NCBI GenBank assembly: GCA_963713825.1
Contig: CAVQNG010000003.1
Coordinates: 544,001-608,000 of the forward strand
DNA from: an uncultured Acidobacteriota bacterium
Lineage (GTDB): Bacteria > Acidobacteriota > Thermoanaerobaculia > Multivoradales > JAHEKO01
Direction: 5' to 3'
Length of the DNA stretch: 64,000 bases
Shown: one piece after another, positions 22,701 to 33,075 of the stretch
Layout of the letters: every line of letters begins with the position of its first letter
Numbering within the stretch: position 1 is the first letter of the stretch
The notes under the pieces: generated by a model
Databases searched by the model: none
What the model was told of the DNA's origin: nothing
The model's input: the letters and a program-made list of their open reading frames with translations, nothing else
Translations under genes and position numbers: made by a program

Positions 22701-23729
22701 TCCACTGATATCGAAGACCCAGGTCGCAATTACGTCACGACCCGAGGTGTCGCCATTATTCGTGTCGACAATCCCGAAGAACTCGTCCGTATTACCTGTC
22801 TTGATAATGCCCAGCGTATCCCCTGGGAAGGAGCCCGCAGAGTCGTCCACCACCGCAAAAGGAATCGACGCCGATACTCCCCGCTGGAACTTGTTGAAAC
22901 CATCCCCGGCAGAGGTGAACGGAATCGCCGGGTCGTCCGTGAACGACAACAGGTTCTGCGACGTCGAGCCCACCATGTCGTAGGCAACCGCCATCGGCAC
23001 AGCAGTACTGACGATGAGGTTCTGGAAGGCGATCGCCTCCGAACCACCATCGGTGTTCGCCGTCAGGACCAACGTCAGCTGCGAACCGGTTCCCGAGAGA
23101 GCCGTGAAAAACGGGGTCAGGTTATTCGTCAGCAACACCCCATTCATCAACATCGGATCACTTAGGGTGACGATCGCACCGCCCTCCATGGTGTAGTCCT
23201 GCGAGGCATCCTCGTCGATCGAGCTCTGAAACGCCGTCACTGCCGGACTGCCGTCGATGCTGTAGCTCCAGTTGAAGAAATCATTCGCCGCCTCGAAGTC
23301 CCCCATCGCTCCCATGTCGATCGACAGCCCGAGATCCGACGCTCCACTGATATCGAAGACCCAGGTCGCAATTACGTCACGACCCGAGGTGTCGCCATTA
23401 TTCGTGTCGACAATCCCGAAGAACTCGTCCGTATTACCTGTCTTGATAATGCCCAGCGTATCCCCTGGGAAGGAGCCCGCAGAGTCGTCCACCACCGCAA
23501 AAGGAATCGACGCCGATACTCCCCGCTGGAACTTGTTGAAACCATCCCCGGCAGAGGTGAACGGAATCGCCGGGTCGTCCGTGAACGACAACAGGTTCTG
23601 CGACGTCGAGCCCACCATGTCGTAGGCAACGACCTGAGCCTCCGACGCGGTCGGTAGAGCCAGCAGTAATGCCATCAAGGCCAAGAACAGAGTGGAAACC
23701 GAAACAAACCTCGAGGTCTTTGCGAGCAT
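19737..23729 (-). CDS. Secreted ExeM/NucH-like endonuclease/exonuclease/phosphatase with three N-terminal repeat domains
   Basis: Signal peptide; OB fold (IWEIQG, TSDGIYVY); EEP motifs AVQE, GDYNAF, LDH, SSDHD; C-terminal DADNDGVPD and CSCEQI..GCS domain. Confidence 0.88.
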   Translation of the reverse strand: MLAKTSRFVSVSTLFLALMALLLALPTASEAQVVAYDMVGSTSQNLLSFTDDPAIPFTSAGDGFNKFQRGVSASIPFAVVDDSAGSFPGDTLGIIKTGNTDEFFGIVDTNNGDTSGRDVIATWVFDISGASDLGLSIDMGAMGDFEAANDFFNWSYSIDGSPAVTAFQSSIDEDASQDYTMEGGAIVTLSDPMLMNGVLLTNNLTPFFTALSGTGSQLTLVLTANTDGGSEAIAFQNLIVSTAVPMAVAYDMVGSTSQNLLSFTDDPAIPFTSAGDGFNKFQRGVSASIPFAVVDDSAGSFPGDTLGIIKTGNTDEFFGIVDTNNGDTSGRDVIATWVFDISGASDLGLSIDMGAMGDFEAANDFFNWSYSIDGSPAVTAFQSSIDEDASQDYTMEGGAIVTLSDPMLMNGVLLTNNLTPFFTALSGTGSQLTLVLTANTDGGSEAIAFQNLVITAGVGPPPPPTVIAFDMVSSASQNLLSFTDDPAIPFTSAGDGFNKFQRGVSASIPFAVVDDSAGSFPGDTLGIIKTGNTDEFFGIVDTNNGDTSGRDVVATWVFDIYGASDLGLSIDMGAMGDFEAANDFFNWSYSIDGGAVQTAFQSSIDEDASQDYTMEGGAIVTLSDPMLVNGDLLNNDMAPFYAPLTGTGSTLTLILTANTDGGSEAIAFQNLMVTSGVEPPPGPPTVEIWEIQGDGLYSPYEGMEVKTTENVVTAVAFRSFYMQTPDADSDDDPYTSDGIYVYTGVDPPMVSIGDRVRVIGRVQEYFELTEITDSPTVDILGGGEPLPTVTPFDATTPSDQPFPVPDLERFEGMLVSFDGIASGPTNRFGEVSLVVDNPRPFREPGIIFPGLSDLPVWDGNPEVFDVDTDGLDGISDPVFAGQAISGYGPLNFTFGRYKVVPKMMSVGPVPDVLRPVRARAAGEFTVGSLNMLRFFDNAEYFGRKAKFVDYILDVLDAPDVLAVQEAEKIEVLEDLAVDIAFEDSSVIYTPILIEGNDVGGIDVGFMVRDTVTIDQITQLGEDEILSYDGSLLHDRPPLLLEGAFELEFGSFSIAVMTVHNRSLGGIDDPSGGERVRQKRYEQAQSIAEKVQALQSANPEVHLVVIGDYNAFEFTDGYVDAVGQIVGDFEPADNLVCDTNPCADLVEPDLTNQTAKLDQAERYSYIFTGNGQALDHALTSEGLDDFLAGLEFGRGNADAFVDLINDDTTPLRSSDHDGLVLFVASDADNDGVPDDVDVCPATVIPESVPTDRLGVNRYALVDEDGVFDTTAPGGRGNQRRLQSGPTDFFTVGDTGGCSCEQIIEAQHLGKGHEKFGCSLGAMRNWVKLVNP
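21715..23635 (-). repeat. Three tandem intragenic ~640-660-bp repeats
   Basis: Units 1 and 2 are offset by 642 bp and nearly identical in DNA; unit 3 is offset 657 bp with a few substitutions. Confidence 0.95.
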
Positions 23730-23881
23730 CACCATTCTCCTCCCAGGCATGCAAATGGATGGATACCAGCCAGAGACACGCCTCCCGTGTACATGTCCTC
23801 GTACCGGGTGGCCTCCATGCCTGTCTCCCTCCAGACATTGCTCACCTGCGCTGCGGGTGAGCGGATTCCAGGTGTACTACT

Positions 23882-23909
23882 AACTTAGCCCACCCAGCGA
23901 AGGAGTCAA
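23882..23909 (-). promoter_or_regulatory. Candidate promoter of the nuclease gene
   Basis: TTGACT-16 nt-TAAGTT about 150 nt upstream of the start. Confidence 0.4.
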
Positions 23910-23997
23910 GCAGGTATTGACACTTGTCTATGGGTCTTCCTCGCGTCGACACGCCGGCAAGGGAACACTCCCTCCCAATCGTCCAGAGGCGTGGGTC

Positions 23998-24138
23998 TTG
24001 GGGTTGAAGCGTCCGGTCGTCCCACCCGGCCGGTCCTTGAGGGCTTGAGGTTGAAGAGCCCGTCGTCCCTCCGGCCTACCTTTGAGGCAGTGGGTCTCCC
24101 TCCCGTTTTCCTAAGCCCTTAGGCCCCTACGCCCTTAT
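23998..24138 (+). repeat. Dispersed modular hairpin repeat, family 1, copy C
   Basis: GGGGTTGAAG-unit-CTTGAGGGCTTGAGGTTGAAG-unit-TTTGAGGCAGTGGG...CCTAAGCCCTTAGGCCCCTACGCCC. Confidence 0.85.
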
Positions 24139-24147
24139 TGCCTTCAG

Positions 24148-24341
24148 CGGTGCCAGAGGTTCGTCCCGGGGCCTCTCGACAAGCGCAGCGCAAGAGCCAT
24201 GGCAATGCTAGACAGATCCGGTTCGCAGGTGGCGGCCCGCCCTTGAAGTAGGGGAGGGGCTTGCCCCCTCCCACTGGAGCCCTCAAGGGGCTCCCCTACA
24301 TTGCCGACGCCGTCCCCCTGCGAGCCACCCGGACGGATCTC
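24148..24341 (+). mobile_element. MITE-like inverted-repeat element, family 2, copy 1 (carries REP doublet)
   Basis: Collinear blocks CGGTGCCAGAGGTTCGTCC, AGCGCAGCGCAAG, AGGTGGCGGCCCGCCC and GCCGACGCCGTCC..CCTGCGA..CCACCCGGACGGA shared with the reverse complement of 61690-61861. Confidence 0.7.
24248..24299. repeat. GTAG-type REP doublet (REPIN-like)
   Basis: GTAGGGGAGGGGCTTGCCCCCTCCC-ACT-GGAGCCCTCAAGGGGCTCCCCTAC: two inverted GTAG+palindrome units. Confidence 0.75.
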
Positions 24342-24367
24342 AATTCGAGAACGGCCCCGAGACACTG

Positions 24368-24400
24368 AATAAGAGAACGGCCGGCAGGGGCGCCGGCCGC
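24368..24400 (-). terminator. Putative intrinsic terminator after the PCD gene
   Basis: CGGCCGGC/GCCGGCCG stem followed on - strand by TTCTCTTATT. Confidence 0.5.
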
Positions 24401-24424
24401 TTGAGGATTCTCACGTATGTGATG

Positions 24425-24769
24425 TCAGTCGCTGGTGCCGCCCTCGAGGCGGTCGGCCTTGGCGGCCCAGACGAAGTCGCTTTCGGTCAGGCCGTCGATC
24501 TTGTGGGTCCAGATCTTCAAGCCTACCTTGCCCCAGGTCAGGAAGATCTCGGGGTGATGGTTCACCTCTTCCGCCAGCTCCCCGACCCGATTCGTAAAGG
24601 CGAGTGCTTCGACGAAGTTACCGAATCGATACTGCTTCTCGAGGTGATGGCTGTCCACCAATTTCCAGTCGTTCCCGAGCCGTTCGTAGAGACCCGCCAG
24701 TTCTTCGCCTTCGAGAGGAGGTACGCCTCCCCTGCAAGGTACACAAATGCCATCCGCAAGCTCACTCAT
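24425..24769 (-). CDS. phhB: Pterin-4-alpha-carbinolamine dehydratase
   Basis: CVPCRGG, AEEVNHHPEI, WTHKIDGLTESDF..AAK. Confidence 0.92.
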   Translation of the reverse strand: MSELADGICVPCRGGVPPLEGEELAGLYERLGNDWKLVDSHHLEKQYRFGNFVEALAFTNRVGELAEEVNHHPEIFLTWGKVGLKIWTHKIDGLTESDFVWAAKADRLEGGTSD

Positions 24770-24816
24770 CCGCAGTCTCCTTCGGCTTGCCTTCGGTTCG
24801 CTGTCGCGTCACCGAT

Positions 24817-25545
24817 CTAGTTGCTGTCACTGTAGTTGACCATGGCCTGCGTCCCGTCGTCGGTAGCAGAGATGATCACCATTACCGTGCGATCCTCAGT
24901 CTCTTGGGAAGCGATGACCTGGCCACCCTTGCCGTCGGGTCCCGAGTACTCGGTCTTCTGGACGCTCCACTCGTCGTCTTCGAGCTGCTCGACGTAGAAA
25001 GCCAGCACGTCATCCACCGATTCCGAGGTGGTCAGTTGGAACGATCCACCCACGCCGTCGGGTGTCGACGCCGAGTAGGTGCCTGTCGTCGTGCCGCCGG
25101 GAAAGACCGGCACCCAATCCGGCAGGCTGTCCATGTCGGAGCTGCCGACTCGCATGGTCTCCCCACCATCCGTCGTCACTGTGAACAGACCCTCTTCGGG
25201 GTCGCCCGAGGCACTGAACTCCATCTCTCCCTCGTCCGTCTCGAAGCTCAGCTTGCCCTTTTCGATGTCGGCGTAGTTGACCGTGATGACCTCGCCACTG
25301 TCCTTCTCGCGAATCGTGATCGTGCCCGCATCCCGATCACTGTCCACGAGCTCGAGATCCGGGTTCATCTTGATCAACATCTCGGCCGCCGCCTCTGGAT
25401 TCTCCTGAAAGTCCTCAGCGAAGTCACCGACCTTCTTGGCTACGAAGAAGCCGCTCACCGACACGATGATTGCACACACCACCAGCAGGCCACCGCAGCC
25501 AATCGCCACCCAGGCCCACGGGCTCAGACCTTTCTTTTCGGTCAT
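24817..25545 (-). CDS. Hypothetical membrane-anchored protein
   Basis: AAAGGAG RBS; N-terminal TM (WVAIGCGGLLVV), acidic extracytoplasmic part with LPDWVPVFPG. Confidence 0.75.
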   Translation of the reverse strand: MTEKKGLSPWAWVAIGCGGLLVVCAIIVSVSGFFVAKKVGDFAEDFQENPEAAAEMLIKMNPDLELVDSDRDAGTITIREKDSGEVITVNYADIEKGKLSFETDEGEMEFSASGDPEEGLFTVTTDGGETMRVGSSDMDSLPDWVPVFPGGTTTGTYSASTPDGVGGSFQLTTSESVDDVLAFYVEQLEDDEWSVQKTEYSGPDGKGGQVIASQETEDRTVMVIISATDDGTQAMVNYSDSN

Positions 25546-25682
25546 AGGATCTCCTTTCCGCGCTGTCTCTCGAACAGAGACAAAAACTACCACAGCCCCG
25601 TCTCGGTCCCGCCTGACGGTGAACTGGGATCGGTGGAACCGCCAGAGGCAACTGGAGCCTTCAACCTGTCGAGGTCAGGCGG

Positions 25683-26483
25683 TCAGCCCGTCGATACCTG
25701 GTCGAGGATCGACTTTCGAAGGGACTCCGGGAGTCGATCCAAGTCGAGCTGCCGACAGGCATCGAAGGTCAGGTCGAGCGTCGACATCACCGACTTGCAG
25801 CGCGAGCAAAGCTCATCGGGAGGGACCGGAAACTCGACCCCTCGATCGAGGGCCTCTTGCTTGGCACTCAGAAGATCCAGGCAGACTTTCTGGGAGTGAT
25901 CCGGTGGCGGTGCCGCCCGCTGGGGTAGCGAGTCGGCCAATTCCTTGCGCAGCGCCAAGCGGCCACGGTGAACCCTGGTCTTGACCGTCGCCTCTTTGAG
26001 ACCCAGGATGTCGGCGATCTGCGACAGAGACAACTCGGTGATGTCCTTGAGAAGCAGCGGTAGCCGCAGATGAATCGGCAGACTGGCAAGCGCCTCATCG
26101 ACGCGCTCCTGAGCCTCCCTACGCAGCTGCTCATCGAGTTGGCTCTCCTCGGGAGAGGGTAGCGTCGCGACCATTGGCTGGCCCGAGGGCAAGAGCTCCG
26201 AGAGCGACTCGACCCTGGCCGGCTCGCCCGACCGCAGCCGATTGCGCCGCTGACAGATTCTCGCCGCGATCGTGTAGAGCCAGCTACTCGGCGCGGAGCG
26301 CCCTTCGAACTGATCCCATTTCCGGAAGGCCTGCAGGAAAGTCTCCTGCACCAGGTCCTCGGCTTCCTCGCTGTTGCCGCAGAGCTTCATCCCGAGGCCG
26401 TACATCCGCCCGCCCTCCTCATCCATGAGGCGTTCGAGAGCCAGATCGCGGGGCTCAGCAGCGAGTGAATCAGTATCCGTCAT
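25683..26483 (-). CDS. ECF RNA polymerase sigma factor with Cys-rich C-terminal extension
   Basis: AEDLVQETF, SWLYTIA, ATVKTRVHRGR; tail contains C..CSRC..C. Confidence 0.88.
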   Translation of the reverse strand: MTDTDSLAAEPRDLALERLMDEEGGRMYGLGMKLCGNSEEAEDLVQETFLQAFRKWDQFEGRSAPSSWLYTIAARICQRRNRLRSGEPARVESLSELLPSGQPMVATLPSPEESQLDEQLRREAQERVDEALASLPIHLRLPLLLKDITELSLSQIADILGLKEATVKTRVHRGRLALRKELADSLPQRAAPPPDHSQKVCLDLLSAKQEALDRGVEFPVPPDELCSRCKSVMSTLDLTFDACRQLDLDRLPESLRKSILDQVSTG

Positions 26484-26511
26484 GGGATTGGAATCAGTCG
26501 GCCCAGGTCGA

Positions 26512-26547
26512 AAAAGCAACTGGCCGCCGGAGATAGCCCGGCGGCCA
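26512..26547 (-). terminator. Intrinsic terminator downstream of tRNA-Asn
   Basis: TGGCCGCCGG/CCGGCGGCCA stem then GTTGCTTTTT on - strand. Confidence 0.7.
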
Positions 26548-26558
26548 GAAATTTGAAG

Positions 26559-26633
26559 TGGCTCCCCGGGAGGGAGTCGAACCCCCGACCAATCGGTTAA
26601 CAGCCGACCGCTCTACCACTGAGCTACCGAGGA
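26559..26633 (-). tRNA. tRNA-Asn (GTT)
   Basis: TCCTCGGTAGCTCAGTGGTAGAGC..CTGTTAA..GTTCGACTC..GCCA; cloverleaf with encoded CCA. Confidence 0.96.
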
Positions 26634-26666
26634 ATATGGGGCCTTTGAGAGGCCTTCAAAGGCGAG

Positions 26667-26695
26667 ATATTAGGAGCCGAAGTCCTCTTTGTCAA
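26667..26695 (-). promoter_or_regulatory. Sigma70 promoter of tRNA-Asn
   Basis: TTGACA-17 nt-TAATAT. Confidence 0.75.
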
Positions 26696-26725
26696 TCGCT
26701 GCCTGGTGCGCAATATCCAGTCGAA

Positions 26726-28441
<1,716 letters not shown>

Positions 28442-28445
28442 GATT

Positions 28446-30218
28446 TCATTCCTCCGGGCCGCGATGCAAGGCTCTACTGAGAGCAGTCTTCTCCTCGAGC
28501 AGGGTCCGCAGACGATCATCGTCACCGGCTCGTTGCGCTTCGGAGATCTCGCCCGAGAGAACTCGCAAGCGGTGCTGCACCCAACGCCGATTCAGCTGGC
28601 CCAATGCCACACCCAGGCCGTTCGCCCCTTCAGCGATCGAACCTTCTAGCAGAAGCCGAGCCACTTGGTCAACTTCTTCGCTGTCGAGGGGCACGCTGGC
28701 CACGACCTCTTTCACTGCTGGCCGACGACCCTCTCCGTCCCTATATAGATCACAAAAAGTGCTGTAAATATTCCTGCAAGCAGGGATCAGGAACGCCTCC
28801 GGAGGAGGTAAGTCGTCGAACGAAGGGAGCTCTTCGTCCCCAGCCAGTAGGAGTTGCAGCGTCTGTTCTTCCAGACTTCGCACCAACTTGGGGCTTTTCT
28901 GGACATCGTCGGACGGGGCCTTCGCGTCCAGGTCCGGCTTGCCGCCGACCCTGCGCCAGAGGATCTCGACTGGCACGCCGAGCCGTTCCGAGGCCTTTTG
29001 ACTGTAGCTGTATCGCAGAATGCTGTCGCGAACCGACTGCAAAAGCTCGCTCACCTGCTTTCCTGCTTGGGCTTGCAGGCGGGGGTTCTGGTGAACGGCC
29101 GGCGGAATCAAGCGCTCGAGCTCCATCAGCACAGCATCCTCTGCCTCGGTCACCGCCCCGAGGACCGCTTCCGGTCCGTCCAAAGTGCGCAGAGAATCCG
29201 GATCCTGGTCTTGGCCAAACCGCGCACGCCTTACGGTCAGCCCCTGAGAAAGGAGGAGTGGAAGAACGCGTTGAAAAGCCTGCTCGCCCGCTTCGTCCCC
29301 GTCATAGCCCACCACCACCTCGCTGGCGAAGCGACTCAGCAGCCGCGCCTGATCTTCGGTGAGAGCCGTACCCATGGTAGCCACGGTGGCATCTACCCCG
29401 GAAGCCACGGCGCCCATGACATCAAAGTAGCCCTCGACTACCAGGGCCGTGCTGCTCTCCCGAATCGCCCTCTTCGCGAGGTCCAGCCCGTACAAGACAT
29501 ATCCTTTGCGGAAGGCCGCGGTCTCGTGACTGTTGATGTACTTCGCCCGATCGTCGGCCAGAGTGCGCCCGCCAAATCCCAATAGCCGACCCGAAGCCGC
29601 CCGGATCGGGAACATCAGCCGCTGACGAAAGCGATCGTAGTACTTGCCGGATTTCTGCGAGATGCCGACCAGGCCCGCTGCCTTGAGGTCGGCCAGCGGA
29701 ATCCGGGGATGCAGTGCTTCGAGAAGATGAGTCCACCCATCGGGCGCATAGCCGACACCGAAACGCTCCACCAGCTCCTGCGGCATCTGTCGCTTCTCGA
29801 GATAGGCCAGCGTTTCGGGCGACCGCTTCAAGGCGTCGATGAAGAACTGCGCGGCCGCCTCGAGTGCCGGCTCGAGATCCGGCTCCCGCGGGCCCCCTCT
29901 CTGCTGGCGCGGCGGCGGCAAAGGAACACCATAGCGACGAGCCAGCGTCTCGATGGCAGCGGGGAAGTCGTCGCCACTGAGTAGCATGTGGAGCTTGATG
30001 GCGTCACCACCACGGCCACAGCCGAAGCAATAGAACAGCCCCTGGACCGGGTCGACGCTGAACGAAGGGGTCTTCTCCCGATGCAACGGGCAACGACCCA
30101 TGTGCCGTCGCCCGCTCTTGCGGAGACGGGTGTGCTCGCCGGCGATATCGACGATATCCACCACGTCGCGCACCGCCTGCACGAACTGCGGCGTGAGTTG
30201 GATGTTGCTCAACGCCAT
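28446..30218 (-). CDS. dnaG: DNA primase
   Basis: CPLH..CFGC zinc finger, FGGR, KYINS, EGYFD, DGDEAG, DPD. Confidence 0.96.
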   Translation of the reverse strand: MALSNIQLTPQFVQAVRDVVDIVDIAGEHTRLRKSGRRHMGRCPLHREKTPSFSVDPVQGLFYCFGCGRGGDAIKLHMLLSGDDFPAAIETLARRYGVPLPPPRQQRGGPREPDLEPALEAAAQFFIDALKRSPETLAYLEKRQMPQELVERFGVGYAPDGWTHLLEALHPRIPLADLKAAGLVGISQKSGKYYDRFRQRLMFPIRAASGRLLGFGGRTLADDRAKYINSHETAAFRKGYVLYGLDLAKRAIRESSTALVVEGYFDVMGAVASGVDATVATMGTALTEDQARLLSRFASEVVVGYDGDEAGEQAFQRVLPLLLSQGLTVRRARFGQDQDPDSLRTLDGPEAVLGAVTEAEDAVLMELERLIPPAVHQNPRLQAQAGKQVSELLQSVRDSILRYSYSQKASERLGVPVEILWRRVGGKPDLDAKAPSDDVQKSPKLVRSLEEQTLQLLLAGDEELPSFDDLPPPEAFLIPACRNIYSTFCDLYRDGEGRRPAVKEVVASVPLDSEEVDQVARLLLEGSIAEGANGLGVALGQLNRRWVQHRLRVLSGEISEAQRAGDDDRLRTLLEEKTALSRALHRGPEE

Positions 30219-32627
30219 TTACGATCTCCTCATGGTGACCACGGTGGCCCCATCCCCTCCCTCGTTACCGCGCCCAGGTCTGGATCCCGACACCGCCGGG
30301 TGGTCCCGAAGCGACTCGCGCACCGCCCGTCGCAGTCGGCCAGAGCCAAAACCATGAACGACTCGGACCTCGCGATGAGGGCTCAGCAGCGCACGATCCA
30401 GATAGCTGTCCAACTCATCGAGGGCCGGCTCCACACGCCACCCAATGAGGTTCAGCTCCTTGTCCAGCTCGGCCTCGTCTTCAGCCTCGCGTTGTAGTCG
30501 CACGGCCGGCTTCGAATCGGCGGGACTCACATCAGAGCTGCCGGCCGGCGCCAGATCCTCCAGCTCACAGCGAAATCGCTTGCCCCGCACCAGAACCTGG
30601 GCTCTAGTATCCCGAATCTCCTGCAGGGTTCCTACCCAACCGAGGCTCGAGTGCCTCACCTCGTCTCCGACTTCGATCGACCCTGCCGTGAATTCTTCCG
30701 CCAGCTCGACCCTCGGCGCTGCTTGAAAAAGGCGCTCCACCGCGGCCTCCGGCACTCTCTTCTTTCTGCCGGCCTCGAGCTGCTGCCGCATGGTCTCGAA
30801 CTCGGCCTGGAGCTGCCCTCTCACTTTGCGCCGAAAGGAATCCAACTCCTCCTTGAGCTTGGTGCCCAGCTGGCGGCGCTCGTCTTCGAGGGCCTCCCGC
30901 TGTTCCGACAAGGTCTCCAGCTCGTCCTCGAGAGCGAGTCTGGTGCGCTCCTGGAGAGTCTGTTCGTCCGCCAACTGCCGACGCACGACCTCGACCTCTT
31001 GAAGGAGCCGCTGCAAGTTGCGGTGCTCTGGGCCCAGGAGCTCTTCGGCCCGTTCGAGGAGACTGTCGGGCAGCCCCAGCCTGCCGGCCAGGGCCAAGGC
31101 TTCGCTACTGCCTGGAGCGCCGGGACGCAAACGATAGGTCGGTCGCCCGGTCTCTGAATCGAACTCCATAGCGGCGCAGGAGGCACCTGGACGCTCCAAT
31201 GCCATGGCGGCCAATTGCGACAGGTGCGTCGTCAAGACCGCCAGAGGCTCTTTCTCCAGAAGCTCCTCGACCAGAGCAACGGCAAGGGCGGCGCCCTCGT
31301 CCGGGTCGGTTCCCGAGCCCAACTCGTCGAGCAGGATCAGGCTGTCGGGGCCGGCCAACTCCCAGGCCTCTTTCAATCGCAGCAACCGACCACTGAAGGT
31401 CGAGCGATCAGCCAGCAGGTCCTGCTCATCGCCAACCGTGGCCACGACAGAAGAGAAGAAAGGAAACCGGGTACCGCTGTCTGCGGGAACCGGCAATCCA
31501 CACTGATGGGCCAAGGCCAGCAGCCCGACTGTCTTCAGAGCCACGGTCTTGCCGCCAGCGTTGGGACCGGTAATGACCAACAGGCGGCGCTGCTCGTCGA
31601 GCTCGACATCCAGTGGCACAACAGGCTCGACATGGCCCGATTGCCCCAGAGCCAACTGCCTCAGCTCCGCCAAGGCTGGGTCGAGAAGCGGATGCCTGGC
31701 GCCGATCAGCCGCAGCGAGTGACCCTCGGAGATCTCGGCCAAACGGCCCGAGCACAGGTCGGCAAAACGATCCATGCTCTGCAGCAGATCGAGCTCAGCC
31801 ACGAACTCTACCGTCGCCTCCAGATCGACCAGGGACTCCCGCACCTCCGCCAAGAGCTCGATGAAAATCCTGCGGCGTTCAGCCTCCTCTTCCTCCAGGG
31901 TCTCCTGCAAGCCGTTGTTGGCTTCCACGACACTCAGGGGCTCGAAGTAGAGGCTCTGACCGGTCCCTGATCGACCATGCACCAAGCCCTTGATACGACC
32001 GCGGGATCCGGCGTGGAGCAAGAGCATCAGCCGTCCCTCTTTCAGGGAGACGGTCTTCTCACTCAAATGCTCCTCGTGCTGGGAGACGGTTTCCTGCAGA
32101 TTCTTGTAGAGGTCGTCCCTGATGCGGCGTGACCGCCGACGCAGAGCCGACAATTCCGGGCTGGCATCGTCTCGCACTACGCCTCGCTGGTTCAGTGTTT
32201 TGCTGATCCTGCGGCGCAGTGGTTCGAGATCCGGCAGGCTCGCCCTCAAGTCCTCCAGGGCGGGGCACTCCGACGCGCTGACCGCGATCCGATGCCGCGC
32301 CTCGTGCGTCATCTTGAGCACCTGGGCCAGTTGCACCAGTTCTCGCCCCGTGACGGCGGCATCACCCTGTTCCAGATTCTCCAGCAGTGGCAGGATCGGC
32401 TCATCCTGGCTCTGCACCAGTCTGCCGTCATGCAGCAGCACTGCCACCTCCGACAGTCGCTGTCGATGGCCTTCCAGCTCCACTGACGACTCGACCGGGC
32501 GTAGGGCTTCGGCGCGAAGGCGGCCCACATCTGTGACCGCCAACTCTGCCACCAGAGATAGGAGAACGGGCAACTCGAGGGCCGACTCGGAGACTGCGGA
32601 GGTCACCCGCAATGGGCTCATTTCCAT
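30219..32627 (-). CDS. mutS2: MutS2 family ATPase with Smr domain
   Basis: GPNAGGKT, STFS, LLDELGSGTDP, coiled coil, Smr VHGFGSG..GGDGAT. Confidence 0.93.
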   Translation of the reverse strand: MEMSPLRVTSAVSESALELPVLLSLVAELAVTDVGRLRAEALRPVESSVELEGHRQRLSEVAVLLHDGRLVQSQDEPILPLLENLEQGDAAVTGRELVQLAQVLKMTHEARHRIAVSASECPALEDLRASLPDLEPLRRRISKTLNQRGVVRDDASPELSALRRRSRRIRDDLYKNLQETVSQHEEHLSEKTVSLKEGRLMLLLHAGSRGRIKGLVHGRSGTGQSLYFEPLSVVEANNGLQETLEEEEAERRRIFIELLAEVRESLVDLEATVEFVAELDLLQSMDRFADLCSGRLAEISEGHSLRLIGARHPLLDPALAELRQLALGQSGHVEPVVPLDVELDEQRRLLVITGPNAGGKTVALKTVGLLALAHQCGLPVPADSGTRFPFFSSVVATVGDEQDLLADRSTFSGRLLRLKEAWELAGPDSLILLDELGSGTDPDEGAALAVALVEELLEKEPLAVLTTHLSQLAAMALERPGASCAAMEFDSETGRPTYRLRPGAPGSSEALALAGRLGLPDSLLERAEELLGPEHRNLQRLLQEVEVVRRQLADEQTLQERTRLALEDELETLSEQREALEDERRQLGTKLKEELDSFRRKVRGQLQAEFETMRQQLEAGRKKRVPEAAVERLFQAAPRVELAEEFTAGSIEVGDEVRHSSLGWVGTLQEIRDTRAQVLVRGKRFRCELEDLAPAGSSDVSPADSKPAVRLQREAEDEAELDKELNLIGWRVEPALDELDSYLDRALLSPHREVRVVHGFGSGRLRRAVRESLRDHPAVSGSRPGRGNEGGDGATVVTMRRS

Positions 32628-32656
32628 TCACCCAAGTCTACTATCGAGCTTTCTAC

Positions 32657-32693
32657 AAAAAGCAAAGAGAGCGGGGATCCCTCCCCGCTCTCT
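32657..32693 (-). terminator. Intrinsic terminator after rpsU
   Basis: AGAGAGCGGGG/CCCCGCTCTCT stem followed by TTGCTTTTT. Confidence 0.75.
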
Positions 32694-32720
32694 GGATCTT
32701 GCGAAGTTCGAAGAGCTTGC

Positions 32721-32930
32721 TCAGCTCAAACCGAGCCGACGCTCTTCCGACAGTTTGCGCATCATCTTCTTGCGCGCCTGGACTTCCTTGCGCTTGCGCT
32801 TGACCGAGGGCTTTTCGAAGTGTTGCCTCTTCTTGAGCTCAGTGAGAATTCCCGACTTCTCACACTTGCGCTTGAAGCGGCGCAATGCACCCTCGAAACT
32901 CTCGTCCTCTCGCACTGTAACCAACGGCAC
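32721..32930 (-). CDS. rpsU: 30S ribosomal protein S21
   Basis: [23 protein letters not shown]. Confidence 0.96.
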   Translation of the reverse strand: MPLVTVREDESFEGALRRFKRKCEKSGILTELKKRQHFEKPSVKRKRKEVQARKKMMRKLSEERRLGLS

Positions 32931-32991
32931 TATTCAATCACCTCACCTTCTCTGCGACTCAAATTCGGCGCGGCCGCCGCCGCGAGGCGGA

Positions 32992-33020
32992 AGTCTCGCT
33001 GATCCGGCAGTCCTTGTCAA
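32992..33020 (-). promoter_or_regulatory. Candidate rpsU promoter
   Basis: TTGACA-17 nt-GAGACT. Confidence 0.5.
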
Positions 33021-33075
33021 TCGACCCGGGTATTTCGTCTCTGCTGGCCCAGGGCCTCTTCAGGCCCGGAAGGCT

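Noticed and set aside
21715-23635. Nuclease repeats as a DGR template/variable repeat pair
   Set aside because: They are in-frame whole-domain duplications, the differences are not adenine-specific, and there is no reverse transcriptase.
24604-25899. 431-aa + strand ORF
   Set aside because: Overlaps three better-supported - strand genes.
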